The notes beneath the pieces were generated by a model. It was not told where the DNA came from and ran no database searches. It saw only the letters and a program-made list of their open reading frames with translations. A program made the translations under genes and the position numbers. From Octopus sinensis (lineage: Eukaryota), in NCBI RefSeq assembly GCF_006345805.1, contig NW_021826281.1, positions 1 to 35,513 of the forward strand: a stretch of DNA of 35,513 nt, read 5' to 3'. Positions 23,445 to 35,513 of this stretch are shown piece by piece. How positions within the stretch are numbered: position 1 is the stretch's first letter; every line of letters starts with the position of its first letter.

Positions 23445-25479
23445 AGGATTGGCATTAAATATGTGATGAAATCTGAAACAGAAATTATTCAAAGTGCTAA
23501 ACTGTAACATTCATTGCAATAACAAATCCACCGTAATACTTAAGATACTACAATATCTGTAGCAACAATAAGAGAAGAAAACTTAGATAGATCAATGAAA
23601 AATATTTATAAAAACATCACTTTTTGGTGTGGCGCGGAGTAATGCGTGTGCAATTATTCAACAATTGTTCTCCAAAGAATCTTAATAGTGCCCTGAAAGC
23701 ACTATTATTGTTGCTATTTGTAATGAAATATATTATTAGAAATATGATTTAAAAAAGAAAACAAAAAACAGTTAGCCTTTAGATATCAAAACACTAATCA
23801 AGAGACGATAAATTACATTGATAATGGTATTGAAATTGCTTTCGATTGCCTTTTTTCTCTTTATATTTTAACGTTCTTCAAAGTAATTAATTCATGTTAA
23901 ATGACTTCTCAAGTTGTAAAAATATCATTTATTGAACGTTGAAATTTTTCATACCCTTAGTTTGCTTCCCGCTGGAATTAGCAACATATCACAGTGAATA
24001 TGATCCTTTGGCCCCATAACAATGGCATTAAAATATCAGGAACATAAAACCTGACACCCTTCTAAATAATTTTTATAAATTAAGAACTTTAAGCTAAATA
24101 TTATCGATCTCTAGTATTTAAGATATTTGTACGAAAGCGATTAAATGAGGAGGGGAAGTTTCAAATCGGAATCAATAGATCAACGACAGATGATTTTAGG
24201 TTTCTTTTGTGTCCTTTTAAACATTTCTATACTCAGCTGCAGAAATTATAAAACATAAAACTAGTTTAAAGTAGATTAGAACGCAGGGAATATATAGCTA
24301 GAAGTATATCCATACTATAATGACAGTGGATCCTTAAGCAATTCAGCCAACTAGCCTCCGTGAAAATCCTCAATTACCACATTACCTAAAAAGGCATCGT
24401 ATTTCTTTCTAAGACAGTAAACTATAATTCCAAAGAGATTTTGCTGCTGTTTCTGGCATGTCAAGTAACAGAATTCATTCAGGCCACTACCACTTATCTC
24501 GCGATCAGTAATCCTTAACGCATATTCAAATATTTACCCGAGTTTCATTTATTAAATAGCGGTCATATTTGTACAATTCCTTCGTTAGGTCATAATTACA
24601 ATACCATTGTTTAAGTGTTCCGCGATGTACATTATTTCGTTAACAACAATTGCCAAATGAATTCTTGCGAACATATATCCATTTAAGAAATCACAGGATT
24701 ATTTCACGACGTCATCGCTGTAATATTGTTTTACACAGCTGATTGTAATATCTAGGTCTGCGGTACTTAAATGAAGTCTGTGAGAGTTGAGCTTTGGACA
24801 AATTCATCCAGCATTAAATCGTAAAGATTCTCAGACGTAATCCATTATTTGAAGAAATATCTGACTTGGGATGGACGCGAAAAACAGACGATATACATGC
24901 TATTATAAATAATATCTGTAACCAAAGAAGCTATTGGTAGTATAAATGTGCAGTTACTTTGATAAACGACACCGTTCTCTTTAGAATGTGTATTTCACTG
25001 TGAAACGAGAAATCAATCCTGTTAGAATCGTAAATGCTAGGGAAACCCAAGGACATAAGATTAGTAAAACTGTGAAACCAACTTAAAGATGTTTGGGGAA
25101 GATGGCGAATGTACAACGAGGAAAGATAAATAAACAAGTTCGGAAAAATCCAGAGAAATTCTAAATACACACTAAGGTAGATATGTAAATTATATTGATT
25201 TTGTTTGGTGATCATTATGATTTGCGATCGACGTCAATCTCTCTCGCTTATATTCTCTCTCACCATTCCTCACACTATCATTCTCTCTCCCTCTTTCACA
25301 CACATACCAACACATGCGTACAATAGATCACTTCTTCCTGTATTCTATCACAATAGACATGAATTATATACCCTCTCCCTCACACAGAGTGCCTCTTTCT
25401 CTCATAGTCGTTTATGCAAGCCATCGTCAAATAGTATATTTAATTATATCTGCATCACACACATATCACACATACATAT

Positions 25480-25567
25480 ATATGTATATATTTACACCCG
25501 CACAAACATACACACACGAACACACACCATATATGTATATATGTTTATATATATATATATATATATA

Positions 25568-25600
<33 letters not shown>

Positions 25601-25880
25601 TAAGGATCTTACTACAGTTTATCTAATATAATGTATATTGTGGTGTTCATGTATATTATATATATAGGTGCCTACTATGTATATACATACATATATATTA
25701 TATATAATATAATATATATATATATATTATACGTACATATATACTTACACACACACATATATATGCATGTACGCACGTATATTTCTATGTATATAATTAT
25801 AGACTCATTTTTATATTTCCCCTTGCGCTCTCTCTCCTCTCTCTCTTTATATGAGTGTGTGTATGTGATTATGTATACGC
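25480..25880. repeat. Compound TA/CA/CT microsatellite
   Basis: Direct reading of the sequence. Confidence 0.9.
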
Positions 25881-26292
25881 ATACACAGGCATAACATATC
25901 TGAAGCAAGACTAATATAAAACCTACACTAAGTGAAAAATAAACGTGAAATAACAGCATTAGCATCTATTACTTCATCACCGCCATTACTACTAGTACAA
26001 CTACGAACACTACAAGAATGAGGCAAAGCAAAACGAACGACAATAACAACAACAACAACAACGAGAACGAAAACAAAAGCAATAAATAAATCAATCAAAA
26101 ACAATAACAATAAAACCAACAATGATATACAAGAAAAAAATACTAATATTTTCCCAATATCATTGATTTCATACTTCGCCCATTTGGCAAACATTACGTA
26201 AATAAGAACTGTTTAATTGGTGCGTTTCATACGTGTGGGTAAAGTATATATGTACATATACACACACACACAGCCACACACACACACACAGC

Positions 26293-26325
<33 letters not shown>

Positions 26326-26519
26326 GAATGTATGTGCATGTTTGTGTTTGTGTGCCTGTGTATCTGGAGGAAGTGTATGTAATACAAAGTTATCTCCATT
26401 CCTATATCTTCATGGCTGTTGAATTCTGCTGAGAATTTACCATAGCAGAACTGAACAACACGTTTGTTATCTTTTTTTTTCCTTCCGATGCACTGTACAC
26501 ATCACGGACGCCAAACAAA

Positions 26520-26542
26520 GCACGCACATACACACACACACA

Positions 26543-26582
<40 letters not shown>

Positions 26583-26668
26583 CAAAAGAACTGTACATTC
26601 ACACAGTCACACAACGACGAATATACACACCGACACGGACATATGCAAACGTCCGTACATCTCTCTCT

Positions 26669-26744
<76 letters not shown>

Positions 26745-26760
26745 TATATATGTTTATCTA
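26520..26760. repeat. Adjacent (CA)n, (CT)n and (TA)n arrays
   Basis: Direct reading of the sequence. Confidence 0.93.
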
Positions 26761-26990
26761 TATAGGTAGTTTTTTTCTTGAGAATCGCTGTATTATTTGA
26801 GGATTGTCTGATACCGGTGTGTTAACACAGCAAGGAACCGGAAATCGATGCGGTAATATGGCACGATACAAAATAAAAGCATATATGAATAAAACTAACA
26901 GAACACCATCAAAACATGTACTTACAAATATACACGCACAAATATATAATAAACAAATGCTTTTAATACATATACTCATACATTAAAACA

Positions 26991-27021
<31 letters not shown>

Positions 27022-27299
27022 ATAATAGATATAATATATAATATGATATATATATATATATATATATATAATTGTATTTTTGGCTATATACATATTTGTT
27101 TATGGCTCATTGTGTTTCATAGGTATCTGTTTCTGTATATATATGTCCGTGTGTATACTTATCAAATGTAAATGAATGCAAAATAGCAAAGAAAATCAAT
27201 AGATACGAAATACGAAATATTTCAGTTCGATAAACGAAGTATACAATTTACTTCTACTTCGCAAGTGTTCTTAGGAATATCGGTGTTTCTCTGAGTAAA

Positions 27300-27620
27300 C
27301 GTATGTGCATGGATATGTATGTATGAATGGGTATGTGTGTCAGTGTGTCTGTATGTGTTTATGTATATAAATATATCTAATTATATATACATATATGTAA
27401 ATATGTAAATAAGTATTTATATATATAGTATGCGTATGTATGTATGTATGTATATATATGCATGCATATATATGTATATATGTGTGTATGTGTGTATGTA
27501 TATATATTTATATATATATATATATATATATATTATAAGATATATATAATATATGTATGTATGTATATATATGTGTGTGAGTGTGTGTGGTGTGTGTGTG
27601 TGTGTATTTCTTATACATTT
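27300..27620. repeat. Compound TATG/TA/GT microsatellite
   Basis: Direct reading of the sequence. Confidence 0.9.
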
Positions 27621-28258
27621 TTGCAGACAGATAAAACAATACAAAAATGAAAGAACATTAGAAAGATGAGGAATGAGGAATAAGAAACGCAATAAGAAAG
27701 AAAACAAAGAGGAACAATAAACGGGTCAACTATAACATACGTTTTATAGCGAAATGTATTGACGCCCAAACGTGGTAAACAAAATCGTTCCTGTAGCGTC
27801 TTTCACCACTGAAAGGCTTGGCTTTTAAGCATTGCTTTGGGGAATTGCAGAAGTTCCTTTTTCTCTTTAGATATATGGTGTCATTATTTATTAGGCAGTG
27901 GAAGAACCATTGCTTATCATCCGCTTATTTCCGTGTCTTTGGTCCACGTCTAGCTTTGCTGACTGGCATAATTTCCAACGCTTCTAATACTTTGAGCAAC
28001 ACTTGTAAATTCTTCAAAATGTGATGCCAATGGATAAAACATATTGTAATATCTTACTTAAATTACTTAATGTTTCTATAATATTTCGGGAAAGTGTCAC
28101 TTTCTCAAATATTTAAAGAAAACAAACATTCGGGGAAACTGCTTCAAATAACGAGACGAAAGTTTCGTTCTGGTAATCAAAATTCACTAAATCTATACCT
28201 TGACTAGTGAATAATATAACAATTAGCACTATAATATGGAACGATGAAAACCCAATCA

Positions 28259-28650
28259 TTTGTTTCAGTCATTTGACTGCGGCCATGCTGGAGCACCGCC
28301 TTTAGTCGAGCAAATCGACCCCGGGACTTATTCTTTGTAAGCCCAGTACTTATTCTATCGGTTCTTTTGCCGAACCGCTAAGTGACGGGGACGTAACACC
28401 AGCATCGGTTGTCAAGCAATGCTAGAGGGACAAACACAGACACCACAAACATATACATACACATACATACATATATATACATATATACGACAGGGTCTTT
28501 TCAGTTTCCGTCTACCAAATCCACTCACAAGGCATTGGTCGGCCCGAGGCTATAGCAGAAGACACTTGCCAAAGATGCCACGCAGTGGGACTGAACCCAG
28601 AACTATGTGGTTGGTAGGCAAGCTACTTACCACACAGCCACTCCTGCGCC
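28259..28650 (-). mobile_element. SINE family B, near full-length, least diverged copy
   Basis: Reverse complement: GGCGCAGGAGTGGCTGTGTGGTAAG (A-box-like), GGGTTCAGTCCC (B-box-like), central domain, TA/TG tract, then 3' module ending GCAGTCAAATGACTGAAACAAAT. Confidence 0.95.
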
Positions 28651-29079
28651 TATTGCGTTGCCATATTTCATGTGCGTAAATACTGCAACTTACTTTGGTC
28701 GTTACTATTTCATTAAGGCCTCTGCATGTAACCGTAATACCAAGTAAAGTAACATAAACTATTAGTCGTGATCTGAAGCCCGCATTGCGCATCGTGATTA
28801 CCTGATCATGCTGCATTTAGTCTTCATAGAGTTTACATCACAGAATACAAACGCGTATTCATTTTCAGTTTCGTTGCCTGTCATAGGGCGCTTCGTAAAA
28901 GAAGTCATGTTGCCGACAACTGTCAATCTTAGATATTTTACGATATATGAAAGAACCGAACAATGACCTTCAGTTTTATTATGTTTACTGATCCGAGAAT
29001 TAAGAAAGCATGGTTGGACTATAAAGAATTAGAGCTACAATCGCTGGTAGTTGGAACAAATACAGCGAGGTAAACAAGA

Positions 29080-29494
29080 AGAGACTGAAGTCCTGAAGCC
29101 AATTGAAAGCCTGGTACTAATTCTATTGGTTTCTTATGAGGAACTGCTAAATTACGTGTGTAAACAAACCAACATTGGTCATCAAGCGGTGGCAGCGAAT
29201 AACACACACACAACACACACACTCACACACTTAGACACATACATATATGTGTATTTTTGTGTGTATATGTATGTATATGTGTATTAATGTATGTATGTAT
29301 ATGTGTATGTCTGTCTGTATATATGTATGTATGTATTATGTATGTATGTTTTATGTATGTACGTATGTATATGACGGGTTACTTTCAGTTTCCGTAGACC
29401 AAATCTTCACACAAAACTTTGGTCCACGGAGTGTGACTGAACCCGGAACCATATGACTGGGATGTCTATTCTTACCACACAGCTACGCCATGCG
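29080..29494 (-). mobile_element. SINE family B, old copy with expanded internal microsatellite
   Basis: TTCAGTTTCCGTAGACCAAATC and GACTGAACCCGGAACCATATG..CTTACCACACAGC match the head; ATCAAGCG..CCAACATTGG and GGTACTAATTCTATTGG match the tail. Confidence 0.75.
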
Positions 29495-29907
29495 TATATA
29501 TTATACTTCAAAAGGAATAATTGTGACAGTAACTTCGAAATTTCGACCAGCTAAGCAGTCATGGTATTCTCCCTTGATGGTTGACATGGCGGAAACTTAG
29601 AACTTACTGTGAAATCTATTCATCTAAAATGTTTAATAAATTTCGCTTTAAGATTTGGTTTGCAAGATTCTTTATGTGAGTTCATGTGTTGAAGCATATT
29701 TTGATGGATCTGGGGAGAGTCATTCTCTTTTTGAGCCCTATTATTAAACACACTCACCGGTAATGTTACCACTCATTTATTTATTTATTTTTCCTAAAAC
29801 TTTCGTTGCGTCTTGCAAACTTTTTAATAGCCATATATATATATATATATATCCGATACCCCGGTATCTATCGCAATTATCACATTTGGGTGCAAGTATT
29901 TAATGAT

Positions 29908-30113
29908 AATTGTTTTATATCTTAGCACAAGGCCAGCCAGAGAGACGTCGATTACACCTACACCAGTGCACAACTGGTATATTTATCAATCGACCTCCGA
30001 AACAACGATAGGAAAAACTGACCTCCGGTGGTATTTCTCCTCAAAAGTAAAGGCGGATGAAATACTGCTGAACAATTTGCCCGCCGTGCTAACAATTCTG
30101 CCATTTAGCTGCC
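29908..30113 (-). mobile_element. SINE family A, diverged
   Basis: Reverse complement AGGCAGCTAAATGGCAGAATTGTTAGCACGGCGGGCAAA..ACCAGTTGTGCACTGG..TAATCGAC..GGCCTTGTGC. Confidence 0.8.
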
Positions 30114-30237
30114 TGATTATATGTTACGATATTACTATATTCTATTTCTATATTAATCTATGCTACATATATATAACTGAACGAAGCTTTATGGATATAA
30201 AAATAAAGCGAAAAATGTATCATTTTTCAAACTTTTT

Positions 30238-30363
30238 GGCTGTATGGTACGTAGCTTGCTTACCAACCACATGGTCTCGGGTTCTGTCCAACTGCGTGGA
30301 TAAGTGTCCTTTACTGTGGCCTTGTGAGCGGATTTGGTAGACGAAACTGGAAGAAGCCTGTCG

Positions 30364-30436
<73 letters not shown>

Positions 30437-30643
30437 TGTGGGTTTGTACCCCCCACCAACGCTTGACAACCGATGTTGGTGTGTTTACGTATCCGTAACT
30501 TAGCTGTTCCGCAATAGAGCCCGATAAGAACTAGGCTTACAAAGAATAAGTCCTGGGTCGATCTGTTCGATTTAAAGGCCGTGCTCCAGGACGGCCGCAG
30601 TAAAATGACTGGAACAAGTAAAAGAATAAAAGGATAAAAGAAT
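30238..30643 (+). mobile_element. SINE family B, near full length with two small deletions
   Basis: Colinear with the reverse complement of 28259-28650; (TA)n slot at ~30364-30432; 3' AAAAG(A/G)AT repeats. Confidence 0.92.
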
Positions 30644-31499
30644 ACGTAATCCAAGGAAAAGAATAGTGAGAACCGTTACAATGTTCAGTTGAATGATTCT
30701 CGTAATTTGTTCCTAATTCCTGTGCAGTAAAATCATATCCTGCTCGCGCAAACTCTTACGTTTCTAATTTCGGAGTAGATAGAGGAAGCAAAATACCAAT
30801 TCTTGGATGTGACAGAACTGTGAGAAGAGAAACTGAGATGCCACGCCCAACTTGTTCTGGCTGTTTTGTATTCAGACGGTATTAAAGGGATTATATTGAC
30901 CCACGTCGATGGCATTTCTCTTAGATAATCATTGGATAGGATATCTCTAAATGGCAAGGATATCTCTGCATGGGGAGATATCCTTTCCCTGCATAAAACG
31001 GCTCAGATAGCGACAATTGCATAAGCGTGCATAAGTATGGGGAACCTTTAACAACCACGACTACACAAAACAAATCTATCTCTAAAAAAATTATCTCTTT
31101 TGAAACGTACTGAATGTCTTAACTTTTCATATAAGCAAACATTTTTTTTCGGATTATATTCGAAAACACCTCCGATTCCTCCGCATTAGGATGCAATGGC
31201 GACGTAATGAACCGAACGTTGAGATAACTTATATGAATAAAAGATTGAACGCGATTGGTAGACTATAATGCAAGATGTGCTGAAGAAATCGAAGACGATG
31301 TATAACTGAGATATCTTATAATAAAATGTAGTTCGATTTGTTTCCATCCAATATTGAAGACTTAAAAATTGTGAGGAGAGTAATAAGATCAAATAGTAGA
31401 CACAAGGAGGAGAAAAAGGAAATATTATTCGATATTATTTGGTTTAAAATCTACTATTAAGTATATTCTTAAAAACAAAGAAGTGAAGATCGCATAGTT

Positions 31500-31559
31500 C
31501 TATCTATCAGTCTAACTATCTATCTATCTATCTGTCTATCTATCTATCTATAGGTCGAT

Positions 31560-31622
<63 letters not shown>

Positions 31623-31772
31623 ATTACATATATATATATATATATGTATGGTATGTAGTATATACTTATCTATTAACCTATCTATGTCATTATGTATCTA
31701 TGTATCTATCTTCCTACATGTACGCCTGTACGTCTTTGTATAGTGGATGGATGATATATATATATATCTAGA

Positions 31773-31836
<64 letters not shown>

Positions 31837-31915
31837 TATGTATGTATGTATGTATGTATGTATCTGTATGCATGTATGTATTATGATATATTATGTATGT
31901 ATTTATCTCGATATT
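31500..31915. repeat. (TATC)n, (TA)n and (TATG)n compound array
   Basis: Direct reading of the sequence. Confidence 0.93.
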
Positions 31916-32299
31916 ATGTAGATCACTGCTGAGAAGAATATTGCAATGTGTCTTTAACAGAGACTGTGAATTTATTAGATATAGAAACATATTGATATTT
32001 TGTCATCCTCCTATATAAAGCAATTCAGCAAAAACGTCTTGCCAGAGAAATGAAGGAATAAATAAATAGATAAAAACACACAATGTAGCTCGTAGTGAAC
32101 AATTGCATCGTGCAATCATCGGTATATTTTCGAACGCTTTGGCTTCGAACTAAAGCAGACACAACAAGGTATTCAGCGTGTGATTCTTAAATCAGGTGTA
32201 ATAGAATAAGTGTAAAGTAAATTGCCTTCAAGAGATATCGACACCTCATCAATGCTTCTGTGTCGTGGCGTTGCACGAATAGCGCAATCATTATAATAT

Positions 32300-32347
32300 A
32301 TGCCGATATATATAATGTGTGCGTGCGCGCGTTTGTGTCTGTGTCTG

Positions 32348-32396
<49 letters not shown>

Positions 32397-32612
32397 TATG
32401 CATATATATATATATATATATATATGGTGTGTATGTATATACATATATAATTTATACATGTATATTATATGAATAAATATATAATTTGTATTATATATGT
32501 ATGTATATATACATATAATACATACATGCATATATATATGTACACATACCTATATATATATAAATATGTATATATATATATACATATATATACATATATA
32601 TATACATACATT

Positions 32613-32653
<41 letters not shown>

Positions 32654-32690
32654 TCATTCATATATATATTCATACATACATATATTTATT
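32300..32690. repeat. Compound (TA)n/(TACA)n
   Basis: Direct reading of the sequence. Confidence 0.93.
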
Positions 32691-33183
32691 TTTGAGTGTA
32701 GGAATACATGCATTCTTCCAGTTCTTTACAGCTTTCACTCATTGAACAGCTGCCGTGCACGGACGGAGTCACTAAATGCTCATTTGATCAAGTGGTTATA
32801 GTTCTTTTGTTTCTAAATTATGTTACACAGTTACTATTTCTTTGCTTGGACACCAATTTACGGATATGCACACAATACAGCGGCACTTATCAAGCGGTGG
32901 AACAACCAACATTTGAATATATACATTCATATATGCATTACACTCATAACAGACCCACTTATCCAAATACGACTGCAACTGAGGAAGCGCAGAACGCTGA
33001 AGACAAGTGATCTGGTAGCTTCAGCACCTATACCAGACCTCTGCAATGATATATGTCTCTGTAGTTTGTACTGTATGTCTATATGAGACTGCCTCTCTAG
33101 ATGAGCGCCACAGTATTCGCCGCCCTAATAATTCAGTTTGATTTTTGCTATTGATAATGATTCTTTGGATAATATTCTTGTGT

Positions 33184-33373
33184 AATTAACGTGCAAGTAC
33201 CTTCACCCTATATGACCACGCGTACTTTTAACATAGTTCTCAGAAAGATTCAACGTGACACAGAATGTGTGTGACAATCGTGACTGATTGATTTACAATT
33301 AAAACCATTTTTTTGCCAAATGAGTGGCCTGGAACAACGTGAAGTAAAACATCTTGCAAAAGAACCCTACACG
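33184..33373 (-). mobile_element. Probable third SINE family (C), decayed internal fragment
   Basis: AATTAACGTGCAAGT..TAGTTCTCAG..GATTCAACGTGACACAG..TTTTGCCAAATGAGTGGCCTGGAACAACGTGAA..TCTTGC matches a common octopus SINE as I recall it. There is no second copy in the window to confirm it. Confidence 0.5.
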
Positions 33374-33908
33374 CCTCACACACTCACACAAACAAACAAA
33401 CAAACAAAAGAGAACCACTCAACCAATTTATTGAGAGTAACATGTATGGATCAAAACAGTTTGATTTAGTTTCGTCAGTATTCTTGAGTTTCAAGTACGG
33501 TGCTATTCGTCAGCCATTTTGAATTTTAATATATTTAAATGCATATATATTTCAACTTTAATTTACCATTTAATACTAAACAAACTGTCACAATCTATAT
33601 ATATGAAGCTTATCCCAAACACATATGTATGGCGGGTATAAGCTTCTTATATAGATTGTGAGAGATTGCTTAGTATTAAATGGTTAATTAAAGTTGAATT
33701 AATATTGTTTCTTTGTAGATATGTTTATGATATATTTATATTAAATAATATTTTTTTATGGCTTATTAAATAAATTTCTTTGAATTTAATTCAAGCTATA
33801 TATATTGTTAAAATTAGTATTGTTGTGTAGAGTGTATTTATTGGGTTGATAGGTTAATATGTGTGTGTGTGTTGTGTGTGTGTGTCTGTGTGTGTGCGTA
33901 CATATAAA

Positions 33909-34058
33909 TACGATGAGCTTGTTTCAGTTTTTGTCTGTCAAAGCCACTCACACACGTTTCCTCGACCCGCACCTAGATTAGAAAACACCTGCCCAAGGTA
34001 CATATAGTGGGCCTGAACCCAGAACCATATGATTTGGAATCTAGTTTCTTACCACACA
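33909..34058 (-). mobile_element. SINE family B 5' half, old
   Basis: TTTCAGTTTTTGTCT..CCACTCAC..AACACCTGCCCAAGGTAC..CTGAACCCAGAACCATATG..CTTACCACAC; adjacent (GT)n tract at 33861-33900. Confidence 0.8.
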
Positions 34059-34509
34059 AGTATATTATATATTCATATGAACACTTGTATTAATATGCAT
34101 GTGTGTGTGTGTGTGAGTGTGTTTGTGTGTGTGTGTGTATTCGTGTTCGTTTCTGTAGTTTCGTCATTCGCTTCTTAGTGGTTTACAAACACTTCGTACC
34201 CTCTTGGCATAAATTCAGAGAGAACCTTAATTATTTATTTATTTTTTCATTTCATTAATTAAGAATATGCAATTACTTATTGGCACAACCAAATGATAAG
34301 ATAAGGATCGTTGCTAGTCTCTATTCTTGTCTCAGCCATTACGTTGCCTTAATAACGAAAACCCTCGACTCTCAATTGCTTTATACTGATAAATACTGCA
34401 GATTTGGCATTGAACCTTAACAGCGAGCACTTCGTTGCATTAGCGTTGTTTTTAATTTTCTGTTGTTGGATAGGTGCTCTTGTTGCTGCCCTTGAGGTTG
34501 GCAAACTCC

Positions 34510-34995
34510 TGGTCAGTCTAAAGTGAAACCTCTTTTAAGCGAAGCCGGTCTACTTTTGCCCACACTGTACATTATTCTCATCGTGTGTCGAGAATCAAAT
34601 GATCCAATGAGTCCTTCCGCCTTCTGCTCTTCATAGTCTAAGATATTACTAGAATACCACTGGTTCTCTAGTCCTAGTAACCACGAAGAGGCCTCAGTGC
34701 TTTCTTGATTGGTTACTCTCCTTGTTTAATATGTAGCCAAGCGTCCACGAATTTCAACAAGACTCATTTCAGTTGTGATCTGTTCGTTGCTTGAGGCATA
34801 GCTCGGACTACATTATTTGATGTATTCTGCTTTATCTTAAGATGAATGTATGCTATATGAGAGTAATTTGTCTACTAATTAATGGATGTCAGTCCACCTC
34901 GTTATGGCTACTTGTTGAGACACTAATGTAACTGTTGGCTGTGTTCTTTCTATGGTTGTATCATTGATGACTATTTTAGACTAAAGGTAACCGGA
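34510..34995 (-). mobile_element. Highly decayed RTE-clade LINE, 3' end of the RT ORF
   Basis: Broken minus-strand peptides SKIVINDTTIER, QITTEMSLV, LGYIL / RRVTNQE and GKSRPASLKR occur in the order expected for the RTE C-terminal region (KIVIN..LEQV, ..AEM.F.RR..GY.L, RVTNEE, GKR..GRP.KRW). Many stops and frameshifts. Confidence 0.45.
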
Positions 34996-35513
34996 ACATG
35001 TCTAATCTATATTGCACACAAACCTACAATTTAGCTGACCAACAAGCCTTCATGTTTCTAGAGACCGTAAGTTGAACCGTCAGTTCATTGGATAGAATCT
35101 TATGTTGTATCTGTTTCAGCTCACTGCCATTTGCTTTCAAATATAACGGTTGTCATTTACATCTTGCATTCCTTCGGTGCCGGTATAAAGAAACAAAAAG
35201 CAACTATTTCCTGCTGGTAGTAGAGCGATAAAATTCTTAGTGTGCCGAATGGGATATCGAATGGGATATCACAATATTCAATTCGGCTCCTTGCATCTAG
35301 AGTCCTAGAGTCTTGAATGAAACGTCTAGTGTTGCTTGTTCTATTTTTTTACATCTTATTTTCAAGCTCCTCCGAGGGAACGAGTGAAGCGATTTTAAAG
35401 CACACCACGCCAGCTGTTATAAATGATAAATATTCACGACAATAATGCCTTTAAGAGTGGACTTACTTGGACACTGCAGCACAAAGGACTTTATATATGA
35501 ACAAAAGACATGC

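Noticed and set aside
29620-29830. Sequence that feels like a recurrent octopus interspersed repeat
   Set aside because: Based on recall only; there is no second copy, TIR or TSD in the window.
32820-33086. ORF containing YFFAWTPIY, resembling GPCR/opsin TM6 (AWTPY)
   Set aside because: Flanking residues do not form TM6/TM7 and there is no NPxxY; probably a chance match.
35246-35310. Short tandem duplications (CGAATGGGATAT x2, CTAGAGTC x2)
   Set aside because: Ordinary slippage micro-duplications.

Overview
AT-rich eukaryotic (animal) genomic DNA that looks intronic or intergenic. It is packed with compound microsatellites ((TA)n, (CA/GT)n, (TATC/GATA)n, (TATG)n, (CT)n) and many copies of at least two, probably three, tRNA-derived SINE families. 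From memory these SINEs match the abundant Octopus repeats, so the source is probably a coleoid cephalopod; this is recall, not a database result. No host protein-coding gene, rRNA, true tRNA or CRISPR array can be supported, and nearly all listed ORFs are microsatellite artefacts. Other recognisable elements: an internally deleted mariner (13086-13923, minus), a MITE with TTCGAA-subrepeat TIRs and an 8-bp TSD (5508-5764), a probable hAT-type MITE, a decayed RTE-like LINE 3' segment, and a ~200-bp Penelope-like fragment carrying a minimal hammerhead-ribozyme fold (12838-12872, minus). The best leads are the hammerhead motif, a ~100-nt near-perfect hairpin at 18338-18438, a multibranch fold inside a CpG-rich island (15600-16560), a stem-loop module shared by two SINE families, and an inverted SINE pair that could form dsRNA for ADAR editing.
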